This document shows positions 1-7,085 of a stretch of DNA of 15,892 bases, one piece after another (positions within the stretch are counted from its first letter, which is position 1; the number at the start of each line of letters is the position of its first letter). Under the pieces are notes generated by a model. It saw only the letters and a list, made by a program, of their open reading frames with translations, was not told where the DNA came from and made no database searches. A program made the position numbers and the translations under genes. Origin of the DNA: Polynucleobacter sp. (GTDB lineage: Bacteria > Pseudomonadota > Gammaproteobacteria > Burkholderiales > Burkholderiaceae); assembly GCA_008015455.1 (NCBI GenBank), contig SSFP01000061.1, positions 1 through 15,892 on the forward strand. Reading direction: 5' to 3'.

Positions 1-59
1 AATGAGGAACAACTTAAACACATGAGCGATGATATGACTCAAAGAAGAAAAATTAATTA

Positions 60-791
60 TTAATGTCCACAACCACAACTAGTTGTAGCAGCATGGGAAG
101 TGCCAACATCGTCACACTCTGCTTCAAAGATAGGGAATAAAATATTATTTTCTAAATGAATATGGTTCATTAAATCATTCCTAAGTTGGTCTAAACCTGC
201 ATATAAAGCTCTCCATGTGTTACATGCCCCGACGGGTGGAACACAATCATTAGTTAACTTAGACAATTCATCTAGCGTTTTACCATGATCCAAATGCTCC
301 AATCGCATCATACTGATTGGCTGAACAACAAATGGATTACCGCCTTGTTTCATTATTGGGAACAAAACATTCTCTTCTTTTTTCATATGACAAATTAAAT
401 CAGCATCCATATGCTCAAGAAAGCTTGAGAGACCTTTGGGAACATCAGGATTATCTTTGTGCACCGCCTCAACTCTGGCGGCCATTCGAATTAATTCTGG
501 CAATTGCTCACGATGAACCTCATGATATCTAGTTAAGATGTAATCAATTAGCTCTGATGGTGACTTGTCATGGTCAGACTCATCAACTCTTTCAAGTTTT
601 GCTAAATCTAATAAAAGGCTGTCAATATTCACGTTTTTCTTTGCAGCTGCTTCCCTTAAACTAATATGGCCGCCACAACAAAAATCAATCTTGTGCTTTC
701 TAAACAAAGCAGTAGCGCCTGGAATATTCACAGCAAAATCCCCTACTGCTGTTGATGGCTCAAATACAAACTTTTCATTTACATTTGACAT
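60..791 (-). CDS. ytfE: Iron-sulfur cluster repair di-iron protein (YtfE/RIC/ScdA family)
   Basis: The translation matches remembered E. coli YtfE blocks: ALFRK..D.CCGG; RYH..HREQLPEL; VH...P.VPKGL; HM.KEE..LFP..KQG; PIS.M..EH; AC.TW.A.Y.G...L..DLM.HI.LENN.LFP. I chose the ATG at 791 over 809 because AAGGAG lies 7 nt upstream of it. There is an extra Cys/His-rich C-terminal tail (TSCGCGH). Confidence 0.93.
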   Translation of the reverse strand: MSNVNEKFVFEPSTAVGDFAVNIPGATALFRKHKIDFCCGGHISLREAAAKKNVNIDSLLLDLAKLERVDESDHDKSPSELIDYILTRYHEVHREQLPELIRMAARVEAVHKDNPDVPKGLSSFLEHMDADLICHMKKEENVLFPIMKQGGNPFVVQPISMMRLEHLDHGKTLDELSKLTNDCVPPVGACNTWRALYAGLDQLRNDLMNHIHLENNILFPIFEAECDDVGTSHAATTSCGCGH

Positions 792-836
792 ACAATTCTC
801 CTTAAACATTCATTTGATGTGAATGTATTGTCATTT

Positions 837-859
837 AAAATTCATATAAAATGAATGTT
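837..859. promoter_or_regulatory. Putative NsrR operator (11-1-11 inverted repeat) in the divergent ytfE-nsrR intergenic region
   Basis: The site AAAATTCATAT-A-AAATGAATGTT contains a perfect ATTCAT-N5-ATGAAT core at 840-856. Against the remembered NsrR consensus AANATGCATTT-N-AAATGCATNTT it matches about 9/11 and 10/11 per half-site. It lies 46-68 nt upstream of ytfE and 25-47 nt upstream of nsrR. Confidence 0.6.
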
Positions 860-883
860 TAGATTTGATTTAGGACAAAATTA

Positions 884-1285
884 GTGCAATTAACACAATG
901 GACCGATTATTCCCTCAGAGTATTAATGTATTGCGCCAAGAATAGTGATCGAGATACCCCCATAACGATCATGGAGATTCTTGAAAGACACCAAATATCA
1001 AAAAGTCATTTAACAAAAATTGTTTCATTCCTATCAAATACTGGGTACCTCAAGACAACAAGAGGTAGAAATGGTGGGATTTCAATTGCAAGACCACCCA
1101 GAAACATTAGCGTAGGTGAAGTTGTACGAATGACAGAATCAAATTTTGAAATTGTCGAATGTTTTAATAAAAAAACGAACTCATGCTCGATTACATCTAC
1201 TTGTAAACTAAAGCATCTATTACAAAATGCAACAAACGCATTTATATCCAAATTAGACCAAGTGACGCTTGATCAAATCTGTTAA
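884..1285 (+). CDS. nsrR: Rrf2-family transcriptional repressor, NsrR-like (NO-sensing Fe-S regulator)
   Basis: It has the Rrf2 N-terminus MQLT.WTDY.LRVLMY and a wHTH (ISKSHLTKIV..L...GYL.T.RGRNGG). Three clustered Cys (C-x6-C-x5-C in ECFNKKTNSCSITSTC) fit NsrR/IscR cluster ligands. The start is GTG. The gene is divergent from ytfE, a classic NsrR target. Confidence 0.88.
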   Translation: MQLTQWTDYSLRVLMYCAKNSDRDTPITIMEILERHQISKSHLTKIVSFLSNTGYLKTTRGRNGGISIARPPRNISVGEVVRMTESNFEIVECFNKKTNSCSITSTCKLKHLLQNATNAFISKLDQVTLDQIC

Positions 1286-1297
1286 ATCAATATATTT

Positions 1298-1663
1298 ATG
1301 ATCAATACAACACCCCATGTTGCATGGCTCTTAGTCCCATTTGCAATTTTTCTCGGATATAAACTTCGAGTTTCTCGGGCTTATCGGTTTCAAAATCGGG
1401 GGGAAGAGCTTCTTAAAAATCAAATTATCAATAGCCTATCCTCACCTTCATGGCATCTACTAAACAATATCACTCTAAAAACAGTTAACGGAACAACTCA
1501 AATTGACCATATTTTGGTGTCCCGCTATGGTGTATTTGTAATTGAAACCAAACACTACTCAGGTTGGCTTTTTGGTGGTGCCACATCTAAAGAATGGACT
1601 CAGGTGATTTATGGCACAAAACATCGCTTTCAAAAATCAAATATCTCAAAGGACTTAATGTAG
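1298..1663 (+). CDS. NERD (nuclease-related domain) protein, apparently C-terminally decayed or frameshifted
   Basis: It has an N-terminal TM helix followed by the NERD core: GEELL...L......LLNN..L....GTTQIDHILVSRYGVFVIETKHYSGWLFG....EWTQ. The frame stops right after HRFQ. The expected continuation (KYLKGLNVELL) reads in the overlapping ORF 1594-1779 in another frame. Confidence 0.6.
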   Translation: MINTTPHVAWLLVPFAIFLGYKLRVSRAYRFQNRGEELLKNQIINSLSSPSWHLLNNITLKTVNGTTQIDHILVSRYGVFVIETKHYSGWLFGGATSKEWTQVIYGTKHRFQKSNISKDLM

Positions 1664-1775
1664 AGCTTTTAACTGAAAACCGCATGCAGTTTTGCGTTGG
1701 CCGCCTTGAGTGTCAGCGACTAGCACTTACGCAACAAACTGATATCGAACATCAGACACACATTCAAAGCAGATT

Positions 1776-2072
1776 TTAAGAGTTTGGTTTTCTCTTGGGC
1801 AATCCAACTGGATTATCGATAACTAATTCCGTACTTGCTTTAACAACAAGATATGCAACGCAACCGCCTTCTTGCGCCTTTATATCAAATTCCTCAACCG
1901 TATTACAGAGATATACCTCGCTTGAACACTCAGTACAAAAAGCAATGTTAGGTTTTTCGGTCTTTTCAAGCTCATCCCAAGTCTTTGCGCAGTAATAATC
2001 CAGTGGGCAACGCTCAACAGAGAATAAATCACGACTTGCAAGCACAGTACTTTTTTTATTATCGCCAGTCAT
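1776..2072 (-). CDS. Small Cys-rich hypothetical protein (98 aa), possible zinc-ribbon-like
   Basis: The ORF lies 16 nt downstream of the lipoprotein ORF on the same strand. It has paired cysteines (C..DYYC, FCTEC, LC, GGC). I recognise no family. Confidence 0.45.
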   Translation of the reverse strand: MTGDNKKSTVLASRDLFSVERCPLDYYCAKTWDELEKTEKPNIAFCTECSSEVYLCNTVEEFDIKAQEGGCVAYLVVKASTELVIDNPVGLPKRKPNS

Positions 2073-2088
2073 AACTTACATCAAGTTT

Positions 2089-2465
2089 TTAGTCATATGA
2101 TTTACATGCATTTCCACTATGCTTCCAGCTCGTAATGAGCTTGTTCACAATTGTGAAAGTTACAGTACAAGAATATGCGTATGGAATAGCCTGCGTGCCT
2201 CCAGAAGTGTTGGTATAAGCCTTACCTCCAATATACGTAGTTGTTGTTACCGGTGGTTGACCAGGTATATAACCAAACTCGGAACGAGAGTACGTTAGGA
2301 ATCTCACGCCATCTGCTTCATAACTACCCTGAGGAATACCCTCTTCAGCCACAAGCTGACTTTCAGTTTTACCTAAATAGCCATTTAACTTTTTTCAAAG
2401 TTTGCTGCTGTTGCACATCCAGCCAGAAATGACATAACCAGAAGTAATGCAAAAATTAATCTCAT
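2089..2465 (-). pseudogene. Lipoprotein gene interrupted by a frameshift in an A6 homopolymer
   Basis: The ATG at 2465 encodes MRLIFALLLVMSFLAGCATAANFEKS*, which is a signal peptide plus LAGC lipobox. The stop at 2385-2387 falls just after an A6 run (T6 at 2390-2395 on the + strand). A different frame then continues KKLNGYLGKTESQLVAEEG..., which is the 87-aa ORF 2089-2352. Confidence 0.6.
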
Positions 2466-2513
2466 ATATGACGTATGCATTCAAACCATTAGTAATTAAT
2501 GTTTAATTTATCA

Positions 2514-2525
2514 CAGCCAAAAACT
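2514..2525. repeat. Left copy of 12-bp direct repeat AGCCAAAAACTT (candidate attL core)
   Basis: It is identical to 12295-12306. The flanks are also similar (TGTTTAATTTA upstream here versus TGTTAATTTA there). A G-run block follows on the same side in both copies. Confidence 0.4.
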
Positions 2526-2601
2526 TATTTTTTATAACTACACTAATCAAACGAGCAAAATCTAGTGCATAGGTGAGATTAGGTACCATCAAACCAAAAA
2601 T

Positions 2602-2621
2602 GGGGGGGCGGGTATGGGGGG
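2602..2621 (+). other. G-run block G7-C-G3-TAT-G6 (G-quadruplex-capable on +, C-rich on -)
   Basis: Read directly: tgggggggcgggtatgggggg, sitting in an otherwise AT-rich spacer. A weaker relative, gggggtggtattggagg, lies at 12319-12335. Confidence 0.5.
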
Positions 2622-2733
2622 TCGGCCTAGCAGAAATCATCATGGAGTACCCCCTGTCTAAACTTTGACATCATCCTTCAGATTTTTTATTACTTGTGAC
2701 GATTAGTAATACAGTAGGTGGCATCTGCATGTT

Positions 2734-2774
2734 GGGTATTTGGGTGATACCCAGTGGGTGAGGTTAACTCACCC
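2734..2774. repeat. Twin GC-rich hairpins
   Basis: The first hairpin is GGGTAT-ttgggtg-ATACCC (2734-2752). The second is GGGTGAG-gttaa-CTCACCC (2756-2774). Neither has a flanking T-run on either strand. Confidence 0.55.
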
Positions 2775-2921
2775 AATAATAGTGACTTACTAAATCTTCC
2801 CAGTTATATACGTCACCAACATACGCAACCTTGATATGGTTTTAGTTAGAAGATACTCAAATGGTGGGTAGATAGGCGGGTACATATTTAATAAATAAAA
2901 AACCCCAAGATAATCAATAAC

Positions 2922-3329
2922 TTGGTGTTATATTTGGCGGAGAGGATATTAATCGAATACAAAGATCGTGAAATAAAACAAAAATTTGCCGTATATCAAA
3001 ACTCTATAACTGGTGAAATAAAAATAGTTGGTGACTATAGATCAATAATTAGTAAGACCTCTGAATTACACGAAGAAGTATGGCAAGAGGTAATTCCTTT
3101 TACGTATTACTATGCCAACTATCAAGAAGAGCCTGTTGCAGCATACTTAATTCCTAAGGACCTAAAAGATAATTCGGAAGTTTTTATTCCAGACCCTATT
3201 GAAGATCTAATTGGCAGCACTTGGAATCAAGGAGACTGCTACAGAGCAACAAATGTCACAGGCAAGGTTGTTAGTAAAAAAATAATTCTTAATCCTAAAT
3301 CAATCGAACGAAGTGATTTTATTGGTTAA
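2922..3329 (+). CDS. Hypothetical protein (135 aa), weakly supported
   Basis: It is a long ORF but has only TTG starts (2922 or 2934). It has no ATG, no clear SD and no recognisable motifs. It converges on the 3374-5127 operon. Confidence 0.35.
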   Translation: MVLYLAERILIEYKDREIKQKFAVYQNSITGEIKIVGDYRSIISKTSELHEEVWQEVIPFTYYYANYQEEPVAAYLIPKDLKDNSEVFIPDPIEDLIGSTWNQGDCYRATNVTGKVVSKKIILNPKSIERSDFIG

Positions 3330-3373
3330 TTTAAAAACCCTATTAAATGTCAGAACATACTTTTTTTAATTCT

Positions 3374-3739
3374 TTAATGCTTCACAACATAATCACCCAT
3401 TGTTGTATAAACTTTAATCTCTTTGCAACCAGATTCTGGAAAGCTTGAGGTTAGATATGAAGCCACAAGGTTGATAACCTCAAACGAAACCGCCTCAATC
3501 TCTTGCGCCCACTTAATTGAGACGGCAATACCATCACCAAAGTCATCATCCTCAAATTCAATCTCATAAGGATCATCAATAAATCCCAGCGTATACAAGC
3601 TCTTTGCCCAATCGATAAATGATTGAACAAACTTGTCGCTAGGTACAGCTCCTTCTTCAAATACCAAATTAAGCCCGTAAACCTTGTTTACTTCCATTAA
3701 GTGTTCGCAAGGTTCTGCAAATAAATTTACGTTATTCAT
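3374..3739 (-). CDS. Small acidic hypothetical protein (121 aa)
   Basis: The ATG at 3739 is preceded by AAAGGGA, 14 nt after the stop of the upstream gene. The protein is very Asp/Glu-rich (EIEFEDDDFGDG). It is the third gene of a tight operon. Confidence 0.7.
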   Translation of the reverse strand: MNNVNLFAEPCEHLMEVNKVYGLNLVFEEGAVPSDKFVQSFIDWAKSLYTLGFIDDPYEIEFEDDDFGDGIAVSIKWAQEIEAVSFEVINLVASYLTSSFPESGCKEIKVYTTMGDYVVKH

Positions 3740-3753
3740 AACCAATCCCTTTC

Positions 3754-4287
3754 TTATTTGTTTTCGATATATTTAAATTCGTCTTTACGCATTGTTCGTA
3801 TCCACGTCTTAATAGTTCTAACCCCAACTTCATAATGACGTGCTGAAGCAGCAATACTTTCAAAGCGTCCAGCTGGCGTCAATACAGCTCGTACACCTGG
3901 TTGCAACTTTTTACGATCTTCATCTGACAGAGGGTTTGCATAACTAAATTGTTGAGGGCACAAAACTAACCACTCTTTCAAAGTAGCCACATCAATGTCA
4001 TAGCTTTTAGCTGCTGCTTTCAAAGTTTGGAATTGTCCCTGCGGTGTAATAACTGCAATGGACTGACCGTTGCTAGCACCCCAATTGCCGGGTCGAGTAC
4101 GCATGCCAGATTCATATTGCTCCTTAACAATGCGCCTCATTTTGTCACAATGATTAACATCCCATTCAATATTACGTATTGGATGATCTGTCATCATTCG
4201 CTGCTTATGATTAGACCATTTTGAAAATTCATCAAATGGGACTTTTGTCCCATTTGCCATAGTTACATATAATGTTTCGCGCGCCAT
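3754..4287 (-). CDS. DNA-binding protein with two NUMOD1/IENR1-like HTH repeats (177 aa)
   Basis: An internal duplication is visible: IAVITPQGQFQTLKAAAKSYDIDVATLKEWL and RAVLTPAGRFESIAASARHYEVGVRTIKTWI. This fits the remembered pattern tP.G.F.S...AA....v...ti..W of homing-endonuclease DNA-binding modules. A strong SD, AAGGGGAA, lies 9 nt after the ATPase stop. Confidence 0.75.
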   Translation of the reverse strand: MARETLYVTMANGTKVPFDEFSKWSNHKQRMMTDHPIRNIEWDVNHCDKMRRIVKEQYESGMRTRPGNWGASNGQSIAVITPQGQFQTLKAAAKSYDIDVATLKEWLVLCPQQFSYANPLSDEDRKKLQPGVRAVLTPAGRFESIAASARHYEVGVRTIKTWIRTMRKDEFKYIENK

Positions 4288-4296
4288 AATTTCCCC

Positions 4297-5127
4297 TTAT
4301 TCATCATTCAACAAACCGCTATCAGCCATGGAACGCCAGTCGTTAGGATTAGCCTGCATAAGAGATGCAAGCTTCATTGCAAGACGCAAGCTGATTTTAT
4401 GTAAGCGATCCAAGTTATCGCCAATGTAATCAAGAATTTCTGATTGCTGAGCACCACTAAGACCAAAGCTATTAAGTAGCCCCTTTTTCACAACCATAAA
4501 ACAAACTTGTAAGTACAAGCTCTCATTAGTACCATCAGAAATCTGAAGGCAGTAGCTACGATCCTTTAAAGCGTCCAGATGTTCTTGCAGTTTGCTTTTT
4601 TTGCGATTGAAGCCGATGTTTGAGATCAGCACTACGCTCCCGTTAAAGTCAAAACCTGATGGCAATCCCATTGACAGCACAGTTGCGCTTGAAGACTCCC
4701 AATTAACGCGACGTGTAGGTTTAGTATCCATCGCCGCTTTTAACAAGTTAATGCCTTCAATCTTGCTAAACACCGAATCGATATCGTCTAGGACTAGCAC
4801 TTCGCCAGTATTGCGATATTGATACAGGTTGCCATACAAACTCAGAGGCGTCATATGTCCAGCGACAACTTTATAGTTATCGACCTGCGAATACTTCTGC
4901 AAATATGACTCGACTGAAAAGGTCTTACCAACACCAGCGGGACCATTAACGATTACGCTGCGATACTGCCCTACTGCGATACCCTGAATATAGCTTTCAA
5001 CATCAGCATATTTCTGCTCAATGCTGCTAAAGTCCATAGTGTCATAGAACGTTGAAAAGCCATCAATAACACCAAAAAAGCCGTTATGAACAGGTGAAAC
5101 ATTTACTGCATTTGTAATATGTGTCAT
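4297..5127 (-). CDS. AAA+/P-loop ATPase (276 aa), family not recognised
   Basis: It has Walker A (NGPAGVGKTFS), Walker B (VLVLDDID), a sensor-1-like VVLISN and a sensor-2-like ALKDRS. The SD GAGAGGAA lies upstream of the ATG at 5127. Confidence 0.85.
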   Translation of the reverse strand: MTHITNAVNVSPVHNGFFGVIDGFSTFYDTMDFSSIEQKYADVESYIQGIAVGQYRSVIVNGPAGVGKTFSVESYLQKYSQVDNYKVVAGHMTPLSLYGNLYQYRNTGEVLVLDDIDSVFSKIEGINLLKAAMDTKPTRRVNWESSSATVLSMGLPSGFDFNGSVVLISNIGFNRKKSKLQEHLDALKDRSYCLQISDGTNESLYLQVCFMVVKKGLLNSFGLSGAQQSEILDYIGDNLDRLHKISLRLAMKLASLMQANPNDWRSMADSGLLNDE

Positions 5128-5312
5128 TTACATATTCCTCTCTAGAAATTAATTAAAAAAAATAAATCGACAGCTGTGCGCTTTGAAATGGCACGAGCTG
5201 CTTACAGACTGAGTTGTTAAAGAGCAAACTGTCACGCACATGAGTGCTTAAGAAGCGGCTGCAGCGATGGCAAAAATCGTTTGTTTTCACCATGACTTAA
5301 CTATATTCGGAT

Positions 5313-5361
5313 GTTGACTAATATTAAATTGACTGAAATAATTTCAATTAAGTTAGTCAAC
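5313..5361. promoter_or_regulatory. Nested palindromic operator/promoter upstream of the 301-aa gene
   Basis: The outer arms are perfect 9-bp repeats: GTTGACTAA (5313-5321) and TTAGTCAAC (5353-5361). They enclose a third TTGACT (5329-5334) and the palindrome GAAATAATTTC (5335-5345). TTGACT(5314)-N17-AATAAT is a plausible sigma70 promoter. Confidence 0.45.
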
Positions 5362-5375
5362 AAAAAGGTAAAAGA

Positions 5376-6281
5376 ATGACTAAAAATTCCCTGGCTTTAC
5401 AGAGGTCAGATCTGCAGAAGAACGGCAAGTTCGTAGAGGAGCATCGTCTATACAGGTTTTGGTTTGAGTTTTTGGCCTTAAGCCCTAGCTATGAATTAGC
5501 CAGGCGCTATCGTTCAACAAAGGGAAGGCTTACCAAAGAAGATGCCGCAAGACTGCCAGCAGACTTTGATCGAGTGCTTGAGATTTACGATACCTTTGGT
5601 AATGTGCAGGAATTTCTATTTAAAACTTGGTGGGTTGATCGCGCCGTTGAGCTATTTGGCATTTCTGGCGCACCGTCAAAAACAGTGTCGATATATAAAT
5701 TTGCCAATGGCACAAATCCAGATAAGGAAAAAGTTAATGCAGCAGTAGGCAAGTATCTTGACGCAACAAGACTAAAACAAAATAAACCCCCTGCTATCCT
5801 GTTATCAATACCGCTTAATGCAACCAGACAACAAGTACTCAAAGAGATTAAGACCTTGCTTGATGAGCATATTCAAAAGCCTAATAAACCAGCCAAACCT
5901 CTATTTGAATTAGCGGATAAGGATGTTCATGTTCAAAACATTATTGATGCTATGAGTGTTTTATGGATTAGAGCAGCACGACCAGATTGGCGACTATGGC
6001 AAATTGGTGAAGAGTGCAAGATTAAGAAAACAAGAAAGTCCAGAAGCCCCGATCCTGACGCTTTTGATAGCATGCGTACCCTAGAACAAATGACATCTAG
6101 AAAACTAAAGACAGCTATGTATATTGCAGAAAACGCTGCTCGCGGGATTTTCCCCTCTCAAGCCAAGCCAAAATCTTATGTGAAATTTGACCCCACGGAA
6201 TTCAGCAAGATCCTTTCTAAAAAGACAGCCTGGATTAAAAAGGAAAAAGCTCGTATCTTAGAACAAGCTAAATTAAATTAA
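5376..6281 (+). CDS. Hypothetical protein (301 aa), basic C-terminal half
   Basis: This is a long ORF with ordinary-looking composition. I recognise no catalytic motif. Its 3' end overlaps the convergent recombinase gene by 9 nt. Confidence 0.7.
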   Translation: MTKNSLALQRSDLQKNGKFVEEHRLYRFWFEFLALSPSYELARRYRSTKGRLTKEDAARLPADFDRVLEIYDTFGNVQEFLFKTWWVDRAVELFGISGAPSKTVSIYKFANGTNPDKEKVNAAVGKYLDATRLKQNKPPAILLSIPLNATRQQVLKEIKTLLDEHIQKPNKPAKPLFELADKDVHVQNIIDAMSVLWIRAARPDWRLWQIGEECKIKKTRKSRSPDPDAFDSMRTLEQMTSRKLKTAMYIAENAARGIFPSQAKPKSYVKFDPTEFSKILSKKTAWIKKEKARILEQAKLN

Positions 6282-6839
6282 TTCAACCGCATTTCGAAGA
6301 ATATCAGGGCGAGTATCAATATATCTTTGGGTAGTAGACATTTGACTGTGCCCTGCTAGCTGCATCATCACACGCACTGACACACCCTTTTCGCTTAATC
6401 GAGTTAAAAACCCTCGCCTTCCACTATGACTAGTTGCTCCATTTAAACCAGCTTGCCTATATAAGCCATTCACAATATGAGTCAGCGTATTGGGAGTAAA
6501 TCCTTGTGCTCTCTGTGTAGGAAATAATGGTTTATGGATATCTCTGGGTGGATGCGCTGCGATGTATTGGGCTAATTCAGCACGAATACGCTCTGATAAC
6601 AAAACAGTTCTACTTTTATTACCTTTAGTTTGGGTAGCGTTTAAACGAATTTCACTTAAGACCTGCTTATCTGTGCTTAAAACATCGCTGTAGCGCACAC
6701 TAGCCACTTCACCAATACGCATACCTGCCCAATGGGTTAACAGCAATATAACGCGGTTACGCTGCGCTGCTTTAGTCGTTGCTGCGAAGTCCAAAACCCT
6801 CTGCAACTCTTGATCTGTGAGTGTTCTTGCCTGTGCCAT
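6273..6839 (-). CDS. Minimal tyrosine recombinase, catalytic domain only (188 aa, FimB/FimE-sized)
   Basis: The catalytic residues sit in the expected contexts: AGMRIGE (Arg), KGNKSRTV (Lys), HSGRRGF (His-x-x-Arg), AGHSQMSTTQRY (His and Tyr nucleophile). There is no N-terminal core-binding domain. The SD AAAGGAGAA lies upstream of the ATG at 6839. Confidence 0.9.
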   Translation of the reverse strand: MAQARTLTDQELQRVLDFAATTKAAQRNRVILLLTHWAGMRIGEVASVRYSDVLSTDKQVLSEIRLNATQTKGNKSRTVLLSERIRAELAQYIAAHPPRDIHKPLFPTQRAQGFTPNTLTHIVNGLYRQAGLNGATSHSGRRGFLTRLSEKGVSVRVMMQLAGHSQMSTTQRYIDTRPDILRNAVELI

Positions 6840-6866
6840 TGAATTCTCCTTTGATTACACATTACC

Positions 6867-6895
6867 TACTATATTTAAGTTAATTGTGTAGTCAA
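6867..6895 (-). promoter_or_regulatory. Putative sigma70 promoter of the small recombinase gene
   Basis: On the minus strand, TTGACT (6895-6890) is followed by a ~17-nt spacer and TATAGT (6872-6867). This lies about 30 nt upstream of the SD. Confidence 0.35.
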
Positions 6896-7057
6896 AGCTG
6901 CCAAATTCCTACCGAAAATAGCCACAAATACATTCAGATTGATGGGTTTATCAACCAAAAAATACTGATATTTTTCTATTTGAATTTCAAATGGTTACAA
7001 GCACTCAACACTTAAGTGTATTTTTATGTTGAGTTCAAAAACTACAATTTTTGTTGT

Positions 7058-7085
7058 ATTTCTGTGGCAGAAAAGCCACAAATTA
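7058..7085. promoter_or_regulatory. Candidate tyrosine-recombinase core site (dyad TGTGGC-N6-GCCACA with extended arms)
   Basis: The site reads ATTTCTGTGGC-agaaaa-GCCACAAATTA. A further half-site, GCCACAAATAC, lies at 6921-6931. The architecture (two inverted arms and a 6-bp spacer) is that of lox/FRT/dif-type sites. Confidence 0.4.

Noticed and set aside
1-63. An open frame enters from the left edge (…NEEQLKHMSDDMTQRRKINY, stop at 61-63), converging on ytfE.
   Set aside because: Only 20 codons are visible and no motif is recognisable. It may be the end of an upstream gene, but this window cannot support that.
2934-2965. The tRNA-3'-end-like string TGGCGGAGAGGATATTAATCGAA was considered as a tRNA remnant or att site.
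   Set aside because: It has no T-arm (no GGTTCGAAT-type sequence) and no complementary acceptor stem nearby. No copy of it occurs at the other end of the element. The AGCCAAAAACTT repeat is a better boundary candidate.
5153-5293. A 46-aa minus-strand ORF (MVKTNDFCHRCSRF...) lies in the leader region upstream of the ATPase gene.
   Set aside because: It has no SD and an odd composition, and it ends in a poly-T tract. It is more likely part of the 5' untranslated or promoter region. It cannot be supported from the sequence alone.
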